Assembly (NCBI GenBank): GCA_023271485.1
Contig: JALPXT010000001.1
Location: 1-32,506, forward strand
Direction of reading: 5' to 3'
Origin: Dehalococcoidia bacterium
Lineage (GTDB): Bacteria > Chloroflexota > Dehalococcoidia > SZUA-161 > SpSt-899
Length of the DNA: 32,506 nucleotides
Positions 7,857 through 15,895 of this stretch are shown here, piece after piece (the first letter of the stretch is position 1; every line of letters starts with the position of its first letter). Made by a program: the position numbers and the translations under genes. The notes under the pieces are model-generated. The model did no database searches. It was not told the DNA's origin and worked only from the letters and a program-made list of their open reading frames with translations.

Positions 7857-8377
7857 TTACAGCTTCCTTAAGACTCCAATCACCCTACCTTGAATCTCGA
7901 TATTCTCCGGGAGGTGATAGATCGGCGACATCATCCTGTTTGCCGGCCTGAGGCAAACCCTTCCCTGTTCACGGTAGAGTCTCTTCAGGGTCACCTCCTG
8001 CTCATCCCTCAGCCATACAGCAGCCATCTCGCCGTCATCAACTGTGCTTACCTGCTGCATCAACACTACGTCCCCATCATCGATAAGCGCATCGATCATG
8101 GAGGTGCCTTTTACCTTGAGGGCGTAAACACCCTCTTTACCCTGGATCATATCCTGGGGTAGTTCGAGCGTCTCTTCAGGGGCAGCAGCCCAGGTATCGG
8201 CAATTGGCACCGGTATCGGTGCGCCGGCGGCGATTGTTCCCAGTAAAGGGACATCAATAGTAACCGGCCGTTCCTCTTCAGCAAGGCGTATACTCCGGAA
8301 CACCTGAGGATCACGGTAGATATAGCCCTGCTTTTCCAGCATGTTCAGGTGGTGCTGAACCACTGATGGCGTTAGTA
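7857..8377 (-). pseudogene. lexA: LexA repressor, 5'-truncated by the IS630-family insertion
   Basis: The S24 peptidase domain is intact (GTSM ... KRL Ser/Lys dyad). The frame stays open (LLTPSVVQHHLNMLEKQGYI) right up to the IS end at 8378. The ~35 N-terminal codons of the winged-helix domain are absent. Only a GTG at 8363 is available as a start. Confidence 0.75.
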
Positions 8378-9607
8378 ACTAGTACCTTGTCACTCTTTAA
8401 TTAATGGATAGAGGCGTTTGAGTTTTATGCGGGCATCTTTTGTAGTAAACTGCCAGTCGACACCTTTCTGTTGCTCGTTTCGTCTCTTTTCCCACGCTTT
8501 GGTTTCATTGCCCAGCGTTTGGATATCCGGAATTCGCCGATCAAGGCATTGCGTTGTCAGGGCGCTCAACTCGATTTCGGCGATATTTAGCCAGCTCCCA
8601 TGCTTTGGCGTATAGTGAATTTCAAGACGCCTGGCAAGCTGTCGCGCCACTTCAGGTGGGAATGCTTCATAGAGAGAGCCGAGCTTATGCGTGTTCAGAT
8701 TGTCACACACCAGACGCACTCGTTCAGCTTCAGGATAATTGACCTCCAGGAGACTTTTGATCGCATAGGCCCAGTCGAGCCCGGTCTTACGCTCTCTGAC
8801 ACTGACACCGCGACGTCCATTAAGAGGTTCAGTGAACATGAATACGTTGGCTGTACCATTGCGTTCGTATTCGTAGTCCACACGCGCCGGTTTCCCCGGC
8901 TCAGCCGGAAGTGGGTCTCTCCTTTCCTTGATCAGTTGCACCGGTTGTTCATCCATACATACCAACGGAATCTGTGGATCATATGGCAAGTGATACAATT
9001 CCAAGACATCCTCCATTCGTGCCACGAACTCGGCATTCTGCTCCGGAGGGATGACCCACGATTTGCGCAAATGTGGCTTCAGCTCGCTTTTTTTAGAGTC
9101 CGCCTCACGGTTTCATATGAAAGCGTGTCTACAATCTCCAATTCCACCACTTTATCTGCCAGGAGGCGCAATGTCCACCGATTGCGTCCCTCCGGCGGCT
9201 TGCTGCAACTCAGGGCTATCAGCCGTGCCTCCGCTTCTCCATCCAGTTTCCTCTTGCGAGGACCACGATCTCGCCTCTTACGATTCAGAGCCCCTTCTAA
9301 GCCTTGCTCCACAAAGCGCTGCCGGATACTGCCAACCGTTTTCGTATTCACCGAAAAAGCCTCTGCTATTTGCGCATCCCTCCATGCCGGCCCATCAACA
9401 TCAGCCTTCAGCAGGATGTTGGCGTGTTTGATTTTATACGCTGCCGCCTTTCCCTTTCTGGTCAACTCCGTTAATTGCTCGCGTTCTTCCTTGGTAAGAC
9501 GTACTACATACTTCTTCATGTCGTTCTCCCATCTGATAGAGTCCCACTTTAACAGACGAAATAACGACTCATTTTGTTCCATTCTTTAAGGGTGACAAGG
9601 TACTAGT
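8378..9607 (-). mobile_element. IS630-family insertion sequence (~1.23 kb)
   Basis: The terminal inverted repeats at 8378-8400 and 9585-9607 match at 21 of 23 positions (ACTAGTACCTTGTCAC...). TA dinucleotides adjoin both ends, with boundaries uncertain by 1 nt. The element encodes HTH and DDE transposase ORFs. Confidence 0.85.
8390..9582 (-). CDS. IS630-family transposase, two frames joined by a putative -1 programmed frameshift
   Basis: OrfA (9079..9582, 167 aa) is an HTH domain. OrfB (8390..~9094, DDE domain) carries DNLNTH and WLNIAEIE. An A7G slippery run on the minus strand (9088-9094) lies where the frames overlap. A -1 slip gives ...TLKKKSELKPHLRKSWVIPPE, matching single-ORF relatives. 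Confidence 0.8.
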
Positions 9608-9608
9608 A

Positions 9609-10028
9609 TCACGACTCAGCCGCCCAAGCGGTTGGAATCTGTCTTCCTCGTTTGGTACGATCAAAATCGCTGTCAAAACTTACTAATGTCAGGTCATATT
9701 TTTCGGAGATCACATATTGATAAGCATCGTCAAAGTCCAAATCAAATTCTTTTGCTCGGGAAGCCAAGGTTTCAATATCAGAGATTGATATTCTCAACAG
9801 CCGGAGTCCACCAGTTACGAGTAGATCATCAACAAATCGTTTGAAGATTTCAGGCAGATTACGGTGAAACAAGATAATCCCGATGGAATAGAGCGAAAAT
9901 TCGGAGATGTGAAGTTTCTCTCTCGAAGTGCCCCGCAAGAATTTCTCAACCTCCTCCGCGTTATCCTGGTCTAGGAGCAACTCTAGAAAGACATTGGTAT
10001 CAAGAAGATACATCAGTCCCCCCACCAC
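9609..10028 (-). CDS. vapC: PIN-domain toxin (VapC-like)
   Basis: 139-aa ORF starting LLDTNVFLE, with conserved acidic residues in a PIN-like pattern. It overlaps the upstream small gene by 16 nt. Its stop codon lies 1-2 nt from the IS630 end. Confidence 0.8.
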   Translation of the reverse strand: MVGGLMYLLDTNVFLELLLDQDNAEEVEKFLRGTSREKLHISEFSLYSIGIILFHRNLPEIFKRFVDDLLVTGGLRLLRISISDIETLASRAKEFDLDFDDAYQYVISEKYDLTLVSFDSDFDRTKRGRQIPTAWAAES

Positions 10029-10219
10029 TCCGAGGCCTTATGTTGAAGCTCTACAGAAGTATAATCATCTCTCAAATCTTTTATTGCACCCTTCCAGTCA
10101 AGTTTTAGCTCGCCATTGCGTTTTCCTGGTAAACGCGTGAGCAAAAATTCTGCAAAATCTCCTACTTCTTGCTGGAGATCCGGTGGTAATTGGGCTATAA
10201 GTTCGTTTACTGTTCTCAT
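10013..10219 (-). CDS. Antitoxin-like small protein (DUF2281/VapB-like)
   Basis: 68-aa ORF with the LPPDLQQEVGDFAEFL motif typical of DUF2281-type partners of PIN toxins. It is translationally coupled to vapC. Confidence 0.65.
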   Translation of the reverse strand: MRTVNELIAQLPPDLQQEVGDFAEFLLTRLPGKRNGELKLDWKGAIKDLRDDYTSVELQHKASEWWGD

Positions 10220-10310
10220 AATGCTTACATCCCTTGTTCTTTTTCTACCCTTCTGAGCTCATCAAACACATCTGGCCCTCGCCATCGAATCTAGATCTCT
10301 TGCTTGTTCC

Positions 10311-10403
10311 AGGTTCAGGGTTCGCTTCGCGAGTCTAGAGTCTGGAGTCCCTCCCCGATTCGCTAGTCGCTAGTCGACAGTCCCCCGCTCCACTTCAGCC
10401 TTC
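10311..10403. repeat. Heptamer repeat block (GGTTCRN x2; inverted GACTCYA units; GCTAGTC x2; CTTCAGCC)
   Basis: The units are aggttca gggttcg (10311-10323), gagtctagagtctggagtc (10331-10349), gctagtc gctagtc gacagtc (10362-10382) and cttcagccttc (10393-10403). The last three parts are reverse complements of blocks at 12180-12274. Confidence 0.65.
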
Positions 10404-10533
10404 TGTATCCAGAACATTTTCTCCATCTCGCGCCGATAAGCGCGTATCCTTAAAATCCCCCTTATAAAGGCATGCTACCATATCTCTGTCTTTCCTGTCA
10501 AGGAAAGATCAGCTAACATACCGCCGATCTGTA

Positions 10534-10542
10534 TGCTATAAT
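10534..10542 (+). promoter_or_regulatory. Candidate extended -10 promoter element (TGCTATAAT) upstream of the DUF72 gene
   Basis: TGcTATAAT lies 16 nt upstream of the ATG at 10559. There is no good -35 box. Confidence 0.3.
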
Positions 10543-10558
10543 CTGGACGAGAGCAAAG

Positions 10559-11475
10559 ATGGGGAACATATTGATAGGCACGTGTTCCTGGACGGATCCC
10601 ACTCTGCTTAAGAGCGGGTTTTATCCCAGAGATTGCCGCACTGCCGAGGGAAGGCTTCGGTATTATTCGCAGAACTTCAATCTGGTGGAGGTAGACAGCA
10701 CCTATTACTCCCTGTTAGCCGAGAGGACAGCGGAGCTCTGGTGCCGGAGGACACCGGAGGATTTCACATTCGATGTAAAGGCCTTCTCCCTGTTTACGCA
10801 GCACCCGACGCAGGTTCAGTCTTTTCCCAGGGATATTCGGAATGCGCTCAGCAAGGACACCGCCCAGCGCCCTCGGATCTACTATCGTGAGCTTCCTCTG
10901 GAGATAAGGAACGAGCTCTGGGAGAGATTTGCTCGGGCGCTCTTGCCCTTAGATAGCGCTGGCAAGCTGAGGGTGGTTCTGTTTCAGTTCCCCCCCCGTG
11001 GTTCTACCCGAGGGAAGATAATCGGCGCTACATCGCCCGGTGCCAGGAAAGCCTGCCTCAGTATCGAATCGCGGTCGAGTTTCGCAATGGTGCGTGGCTC
11101 AGCGAGGAGGAAAGAGACCGGACATTATCTCAATTGAGGGATAACGACCTGGCCTATGTTTCAGTAGATGAGCCACAGGGATTCAGGTCATCTGTCCCGC
11201 TGCTGGCTGAGGCTACCTCTGATGTGGCGGTGGTTCGCTTCCATGGACGAAACAAGGAGAACTGGGAAAAGAAAGGCACACCGGTAGCTGAGCGATTCAA
11301 GTATCTCTACTCCAGGGAGGAACTTGGTGAGTGGTTGCCTCGCCTCCAGTCTCTTGCCTCCCGGACGAGGGAGCTTCATGTGCTGTTCAACAATTGCTAC
11401 GGGGATTACGGGGTAAGGAATGCCATGGATATCACCGATCTCATGCGTTCGCAGCCGCTCCTGTTTCCCGACTAG
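10559..11475 (+). pseudogene. DUF72 (UPF0759) family protein, frameshifted at a C8 homopolymer
   Basis: ORFs 10559..11137 and 11134..11475 are the two halves of one DUF72 protein. The second frame is open back to WFYPREDNRRYIARCQESLPQYRIAVEFRNGAW, starting at 10999. The frames meet at the C8 run at 10990-10997 (…LFQFPP / WFYP…). Confidence 0.75.
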
Positions 11476-11499
11476 GCAAGTGATAACGGAGGTAATGCT

Positions 11500-12102
11500 A
11501 TGGCAGAGAAATATGCAGATAAGAAGGCCGCTTCGAAAGACTCCGACAATTACAAAATAATTTTTATGGGCAATAGCATTTTTTCCTTTGCTGAGGGGCT
11601 TTACTATCCTTTTTTAATTGGTTTCCTTTATGGTCTCGGCGGTATGCCTTTACTGGGAGCCCTAGGATTAATCATAATATTCGATTCGATCGGAAGTTAT
11701 ATTTCTGGAAAATTAGCTGATAAGTATGGTCGGAAACCTTTTTTCTTAATTACCCCTGTCGTCAGCATTGCTGTTTTTGTATTTTATCCCCTTCTTCCTC
11801 TTCTGGGCGAAACAATGCCCAGTTTGATGTTTCCTGCATTGTTTCTGATACTTATTATTGATGGGGTACTGGATGGGTTTTGGGGTACGGTTGAAGCAGT
11901 TTATCTGGCAGATATTACGAGCAAGGCCACTCGCGGAAGCAAGATGGGTTCTTACTGGGGGGTGAGTGGGCTGATAACCGGAGCAGCTATGCTCGGTGCT
12001 GGGTTTCTGGGACTATATATTGATTTTCTTACCGCTGCAATTATCGTCGCTTTCATCTATCTCAGTGGCTTCATTATATTGCTTCGCATCAAGGAGATGT
12101 AG
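11500..12102 (+). CDS. MFS-like membrane protein, half length (about 6 TM)
   Basis: 200-aa hydrophobic ORF with an MFS motif-A-like loop, GKLADKYGRKP, between predicted TM2 and TM3. It is visibly lower in GC than its neighbours. It ends where the heptamer repeat block begins. Confidence 0.6.
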   Translation: MAEKYADKKAASKDSDNYKIIFMGNSIFSFAEGLYYPFLIGFLYGLGGMPLLGALGLIIIFDSIGSYISGKLADKYGRKPFFLITPVVSIAVFVFYPLLPLLGETMPSLMFPALFLILIIDGVLDGFWGTVEAVYLADITSKATRGSKMGSYWGVSGLITGAAMLGAGFLGLYIDFLTAAIIVAFIYLSGFIILLRIKEM

Positions 12103-12106
12103 TTAT

Positions 12107-12274
12107 TCGGGTTCGAGGTTCAGGGGTTCAAGGTTCAAAGTTGGAAAACGATGAGTATAAGCCTCACTTCGTAAAGACCGAAGGCTGAAGGCTGAAGGGG
12201 GGCGGGGGACTCCAGACTCCAGACTCTAGACTCTAGGCTCTAGACTCTAGACACCAGACTCTCGACTCTTGACT
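12107..12274. repeat. Heptamer repeat block (GGTTCRN x~4; GAAGGCT x2; GACTCYA x~9.5)
   Basis: The blocks are tcgggttcgaggttcaggggttcaaggttcaaag (12107-12140), gaaggctgaaggctgaagg (12180-12198) and gactcca gactcca gactcta gactcta ggctcta gactcta gacacca gactctc gactctt gact (12208-12274). Confidence 0.75.
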
Positions 12275-12421
12275 TCAGCGTGTTCTTATCAGGTGATTCA
12301 TGGGATAATTGTTAGTGGGGTCATTTTGAATTATCCGGCATAAATGGAGGGCTTATGATGGGGAACGGCAGGCAAGATCGGATTCGTGAATTAATCGAGG
12401 CTCATTGGTAACACACCTCTT

Positions 12422-13471
12422 TTGGCAATCGACTTCATGTTCAGTGGGTGGAAGCGCACGCTCTACGCCAAGGCTGAGAACCTGAACATGACTGGGAGCA
12501 TCAAGGATCGCATGGCTTTTCATATCCTGGAGAAGGGTTACGCAAGGGGGGTTCTCAATCCTGGCGATTTGATTATTGAGGCTACCAGTGGTAATACGGG
12601 CATAGCCTTTGCAGCAATCGGTCGGGCGCTGGGTCATCCGGTGGCCATATTTATGCCGGACTGGATGAGTGAGGAGCGAATCAATCTTATCCGCAGTTTG
12701 GGTGCGGAGATAGTCCTTGTGAGCAGGGAGGAAGGTGGCTTTCTTGGCAGCATTCGTCGTGCTGAGGAGTTGGCCGAGACGACGAAAGGGGCTTTTCTTC
12801 CCCGGCAGTTCTCAAATGAAGACAATATAGAAGCCCATTACAGAACAACAGGTACTGAGATCTGGTGGCAGTTGAGATTTCAATCTCTCTATCCCAATGC
12901 CTTTATTGCCGGTGTAGGGACGGGAGGCACCATAATGGGCACGGGACGTTTTCTCAGGGAGAACTATCCTTCCATTGAGATTCGTCCTCTGGAGCCGTCC
13001 AACTCTCCGACATTGTCGACGGGTCACAAAGTTGGTAAGCACCGAATCCAGGGGATATCTGACGAGTTTATCCCGCCTATCCTGGACCTGGTATGCCTGC
13101 ATGAGGTAATCAGTGTGGATGGCGGTGATGCCATCCTGATGGCGCAAAGGCTCGCCACCGAGTTGGGAATGGGGGTTGGGATCTCGTCGGGTGCAAACTT
13201 CCTGGGGGCCTTGATGGTTCAGGAGGAGCTAGGTCGGGATGCGGTTGTAGTTACTGTTTGTTCGGACGACAACAAGAAGTATCTCAGCACCGACCTCTTG
13301 CGAGAGGAACCGATAAAGGATAGCTTCCTTGCGCCTCATGTCAAACTTCTGGGGGTTCGAGCGTTCAAGCGAGTATGTCGCACTTGCCGCGACCCACAAG
13401 AGTGTATTGATCCAGAGTCGCTGGATATTGCAGAAGAAGTATCTTTGCCCCATTGTCCGGGATGTAGCTGA
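12422..13471 (+). CDS. cysK: Cysteine synthase (O-acetylserine sulfhydrylase, PLP-dependent) with a Cys-rich C-terminal extension
   Basis: It carries NMTGSIKDR (PLP lysine), SGNTGIA and GVGTGGT motifs. The frame is open back to LIGNTPLL (12401), but the only SD-supported ATGs (12355/12358) are in another frame, so a 5' frameshift or a TTG start at 12422 is implied. The last ~55 aa lie beyond the usual ...YLST end. Confidence 0.8.
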   Translation: MAIDFMFSGWKRTLYAKAENLNMTGSIKDRMAFHILEKGYARGVLNPGDLIIEATSGNTGIAFAAIGRALGHPVAIFMPDWMSEERINLIRSLGAEIVLVSREEGGFLGSIRRAEELAETTKGAFLPRQFSNEDNIEAHYRTTGTEIWWQLRFQSLYPNAFIAGVGTGGTIMGTGRFLRENYPSIEIRPLEPSNSPTLSTGHKVGKHRIQGISDEFIPPILDLVCLHEVISVDGGDAILMAQRLATELGMGVGISSGANFLGALMVQEELGRDAVVVTVCSDDNKKYLSTDLLREEPIKDSFLAPHVKLLGVRAFKRVCRTCRDPQECIDPESLDIAEEVSLPHCPGCS

Positions 13472-13524
13472 GCCAGGAATTGAGAACGCCGCTAAACCGA
13501 AACCTTCCATTGGGATGATAGATG

Positions 13525-15729
13525 TCAAGGCGACTGATGCTTCAATTCCCAGGCATCCGACACGATTATCTCTCCGGCGGAATCCACGATCAGGCCGGCG
13601 ATCGCCAGCGAATTCAGCAGTTCCTTTCCTTTCTCCGGCCCCAATACAAAGACAAGTGTGGTGAGGGCGTCGGCATCGAGGGAATTTCCGGCAACGATGG
13701 TGACGCTCATGACTGCATCGGCCGGTTGGCCCGTTTTCGGATCGAGGATGTGATGAACCCTTCTCTCCCCCAGCAAGAAGAACCGTCTGTAATCACCGGA
13801 GGTGGCCACTGCTGCGTTTTTAAGATCTATCACCTCAAGCCACTCGTATTCATCGCGCGGATGTTGAATAGCAATTCTCCAGCTTTCAGGCCCAAACCCT
13901 CTGATATCCCCCCCGATGTCTACCAGCGCCCGCTCAATGCCGCTTTCCTTTAAGACGGCAATTGCGCGATCCACTGCATAACCTTTGGCGATCCCACCGA
14001 GGGTGATCTTCATCCCTTCCTTGAGGAATCTGGCCCTGCCGTTATCCTCATCAAGCTCCAGAGCCCGCCAATCAACCAGTGCAAGCGCCCTGCCCAGCTC
14101 GTCGGTGGTCGGAAGCCTCCCCCAGGCTCTCACCCTTTCCATCCACAGATCTAGCAGTGGTTTAACCGTTGGATCAAAGGCTCCGTCTGAGATACTGGCA
14201 AAATACAAGCTGCGCTCCAGCACATGAATGGTCTCCGGGGAGAGATACACCCAGGCTCCCCCTGATTGATTCAGGATATAGATCTCGCTGGAATGATCCG
14301 TGGCCGACATCAGGTTCTCAATTCTGGAGATTTCATCGAATGCGTCCCCCACGGCGGCCTCCGCCATTTGTGTGTCCTCGTCAATGGCCGTGATCGAAAC
14401 CACGGTTCCCATGGCCAGGCCCATTCCACGCACCACATTTCCGTCTACTTCTATCTGCGGTCTTTGCGCCCCGATGGGGCCCAGCACCAAACCAACCAGG
14501 ACGAGAGCCGCCATCGAGCCTGCCACAACCTTGCGGGTTTCACCTCCGAGCCTGGATAAGAGGAATAAAGCGGCGGCCAGGCTGCATTGGAGCGCAAGCA
14601 TGCTAATCGCCAGGCCCAGTAAACCGAAGGCCCTTCCCAGTACGATTATTCCCACGATTCCGATCCCCAGGGCGAGCAGATGGGAACCGAAAACGACATT
14701 GGTCTTTCCTTCGGTATAAAGGCTGGATGTCTTTATCCCCACGAGGGTCGCCGGGATTATCGCCAGCCCCATTATCTGAATAGCGTTCACGCTCCCGGCA
14801 AATTCCGGGAAGGCTAGCGGAACAACTAAATACGCGAAGAAGTAGGTAGCCGCAGCCAGTCCAAAGGAAGCGATAACCGCCATTTTTTCAATCTTTTCCG
14901 TATTCCTCCGGGCGGCTTTCTCGGATAAGAGGTAGAAGAACATAATTTGAGGTAGTATCCCGAACAGGAGGAAGATGCGGAAGGCGAAGTGGTAATATCC
15001 GAGCACTGCCATTCCGAAGAGCTTTCCTATCAGTATCTTGTCGAGGAAGCTCGTAGACACCCTGCTGATGTCGGTTCCCAGAACACCGAGCGTGAATTTG
15101 AGAGTTCCCCGGATTTTCCGAAAATCGGGTCTTAAGCGCAGGAGGTGCATAAGAGCCCTGCCACCAAAGAGGAGATAGGCAAGGGCCAGTCCGACCAGGA
15201 TCCACGTTATTGATCCCCAGAGGAGATAGAAAAGGACCGGGATGAGCAGGCAAAGCAACCGTGTCCCGACCCATGCCCGGAGATAACTTCCGTACTTCCG
15301 GCCCGCCAGCTCCAGGTGAACCGTGATCGAAAAAAGCGATAGCCCAATGGTGAGCAAACCGACCGCCGGTTCCAGAACAACTGAGACTGCTATTCCGGCA
15401 ATCAGACTGAGGATAACAACGACTGCCACCGAGCTGCTCACGAGCTTGCCGTCTTTCTCGGTGGCCAGATGGGTGATTATGGTCTTACCCAGGCCGAAGG
15501 TGCAGATGGTTGAGAGGATTGTCGCAATTGATACCAGCCAGATCAAGTGCCCGTAGGCCAGGGGATGGATAAGCAGGGCGAGCAGCAGCCACAGAGCCGT
15601 CCCCAGCAAAAGGGCGGCAAGTTGTGCCGACGCCACCCAAACGAGCCCGCGATCCCTGCCGGTGCTCATGTCTTCCATGTGAGACTTTCCAGCGGCAAAA
15701 TCATCAGGGGTATTCTCCCCCTGACGCAT
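13525..15729 (-). CDS. Fusion protein: N-terminal multi-TM flippase-like (MOP/Wzx-type) domain plus C-terminal ApbE-family FAD:protein FMN transferase domain
   Basis: 734-aa uninterrupted ORF. The C-terminal ~303 aa (13528-14436) has ApbE motifs (GGIAKGYAVD, TSGDYRRFF...HHILDPKTGQP, DADALTT). The N-terminal ~420 aa contains about 12-14 hydrophobic helices and polysaccharide-flippase-like segments (LGYYHFAFRIFLL). The start is ambiguous among 15729, 15678 and 15669. Confidence 0.8.
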   Translation of the reverse strand: MRQGENTPDDFAAGKSHMEDMSTGRDRGLVWVASAQLAALLLGTALWLLLALLIHPLAYGHLIWLVSIATILSTICTFGLGKTIITHLATEKDGKLVSSSVAVVVILSLIAGIAVSVVLEPAVGLLTIGLSLFSITVHLELAGRKYGSYLRAWVGTRLLCLLIPVLFYLLWGSITWILVGLALAYLLFGGRALMHLLRLRPDFRKIRGTLKFTLGVLGTDISRVSTSFLDKILIGKLFGMAVLGYYHFAFRIFLLFGILPQIMFFYLLSEKAARRNTEKIEKMAVIASFGLAAATYFFAYLVVPLAFPEFAGSVNAIQIMGLAIIPATLVGIKTSSLYTEGKTNVVFGSHLLALGIGIVGIIVLGRAFGLLGLAISMLALQCSLAAALFLLSRLGGETRKVVAGSMAALVLVGLVLGPIGAQRPQIEVDGNVVRGMGLAMGTVVSITAIDEDTQMAEAAVGDAFDEISRIENLMSATDHSSEIYILNQSGGAWVYLSPETIHVLERSLYFASISDGAFDPTVKPLLDLWMERVRAWGRLPTTDELGRALALVDWRALELDEDNGRARFLKEGMKITLGGIAKGYAVDRAIAVLKESGIERALVDIGGDIRGFGPESWRIAIQHPRDEYEWLEVIDLKNAAVATSGDYRRFFLLGERRVHHILDPKTGQPADAVMSVTIVAGNSLDADALTTLVFVLGPEKGKELLNSLAIAGLIVDSAGEIIVSDAWELKHQSP

Positions 15730-15738
15730 GAACCCCCT
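15697..15738 (-). promoter_or_regulatory. Conserved hairpin motif, copy 2
   Basis: aaaatcatcaggggtattctccccctga + cgcatg + aaccccct. The hairpin at 15704-15724 has one mismatch. It lies at the extreme 5' end, or 5' UTR, of the flippase/ApbE gene. Compare 3503-3538. Confidence 0.55.
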
Positions 15739-15770
15739 CGCCGATAGGAGTTGACCTAACCCCTGGACAT

Positions 15771-15799
15771 TTGCAAAAATCGGTCATATACGCTAAAAT
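15771..15799 (+). promoter_or_regulatory. Candidate promoter of tRNA-Val
   Basis: TTGCAA (15771-15776), a 17-nt spacer, then TAAAAT (15794-15799), ending 12 nt before the tRNA 5' end. Confidence 0.45.
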
Positions 15800-15811
15800 A
15801 AACTAACTCGT

Positions 15812-15887
15812 GGGCGATTAGCTCAGCGGCTAGAGCGCTTGCTTCACACGCAAGAGGTCATTGGTTCAAATCCAGTATCGCCCACCA
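15812..15887 (+). tRNA. tRNA-Val (anticodon CAC), CCA encoded
   Basis: 76 nt fold as a cloverleaf: acceptor GGGCGAT/ATCGCCC, D arm GCTC-AGCGGCTA-GAGC, anticodon stem CTTGC/GCAAG with loop TTCACAC (CAC at 15845-15847), T arm ATTGG-TTCAAAT-CCAGT, and discriminator A plus CCA. Confidence 0.93.
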
Positions 15888-15895
15888 TTTTCGAT

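Noticed and set aside
8600-9589. A 329-aa plus-strand ORF, the longest unexplained ORF in the track.
   Set aside because: It lies entirely antisense to the IS630 transposase frames and has low-complexity, family-less sequence. It is a shadow ORF of the transposase.
12208-12274. A possible CRISPR array or other spaced repeat.
   Set aside because: The units are 7 nt, contiguous and without spacers, and no cas genes are present. This is a simple tandem heptamer array.
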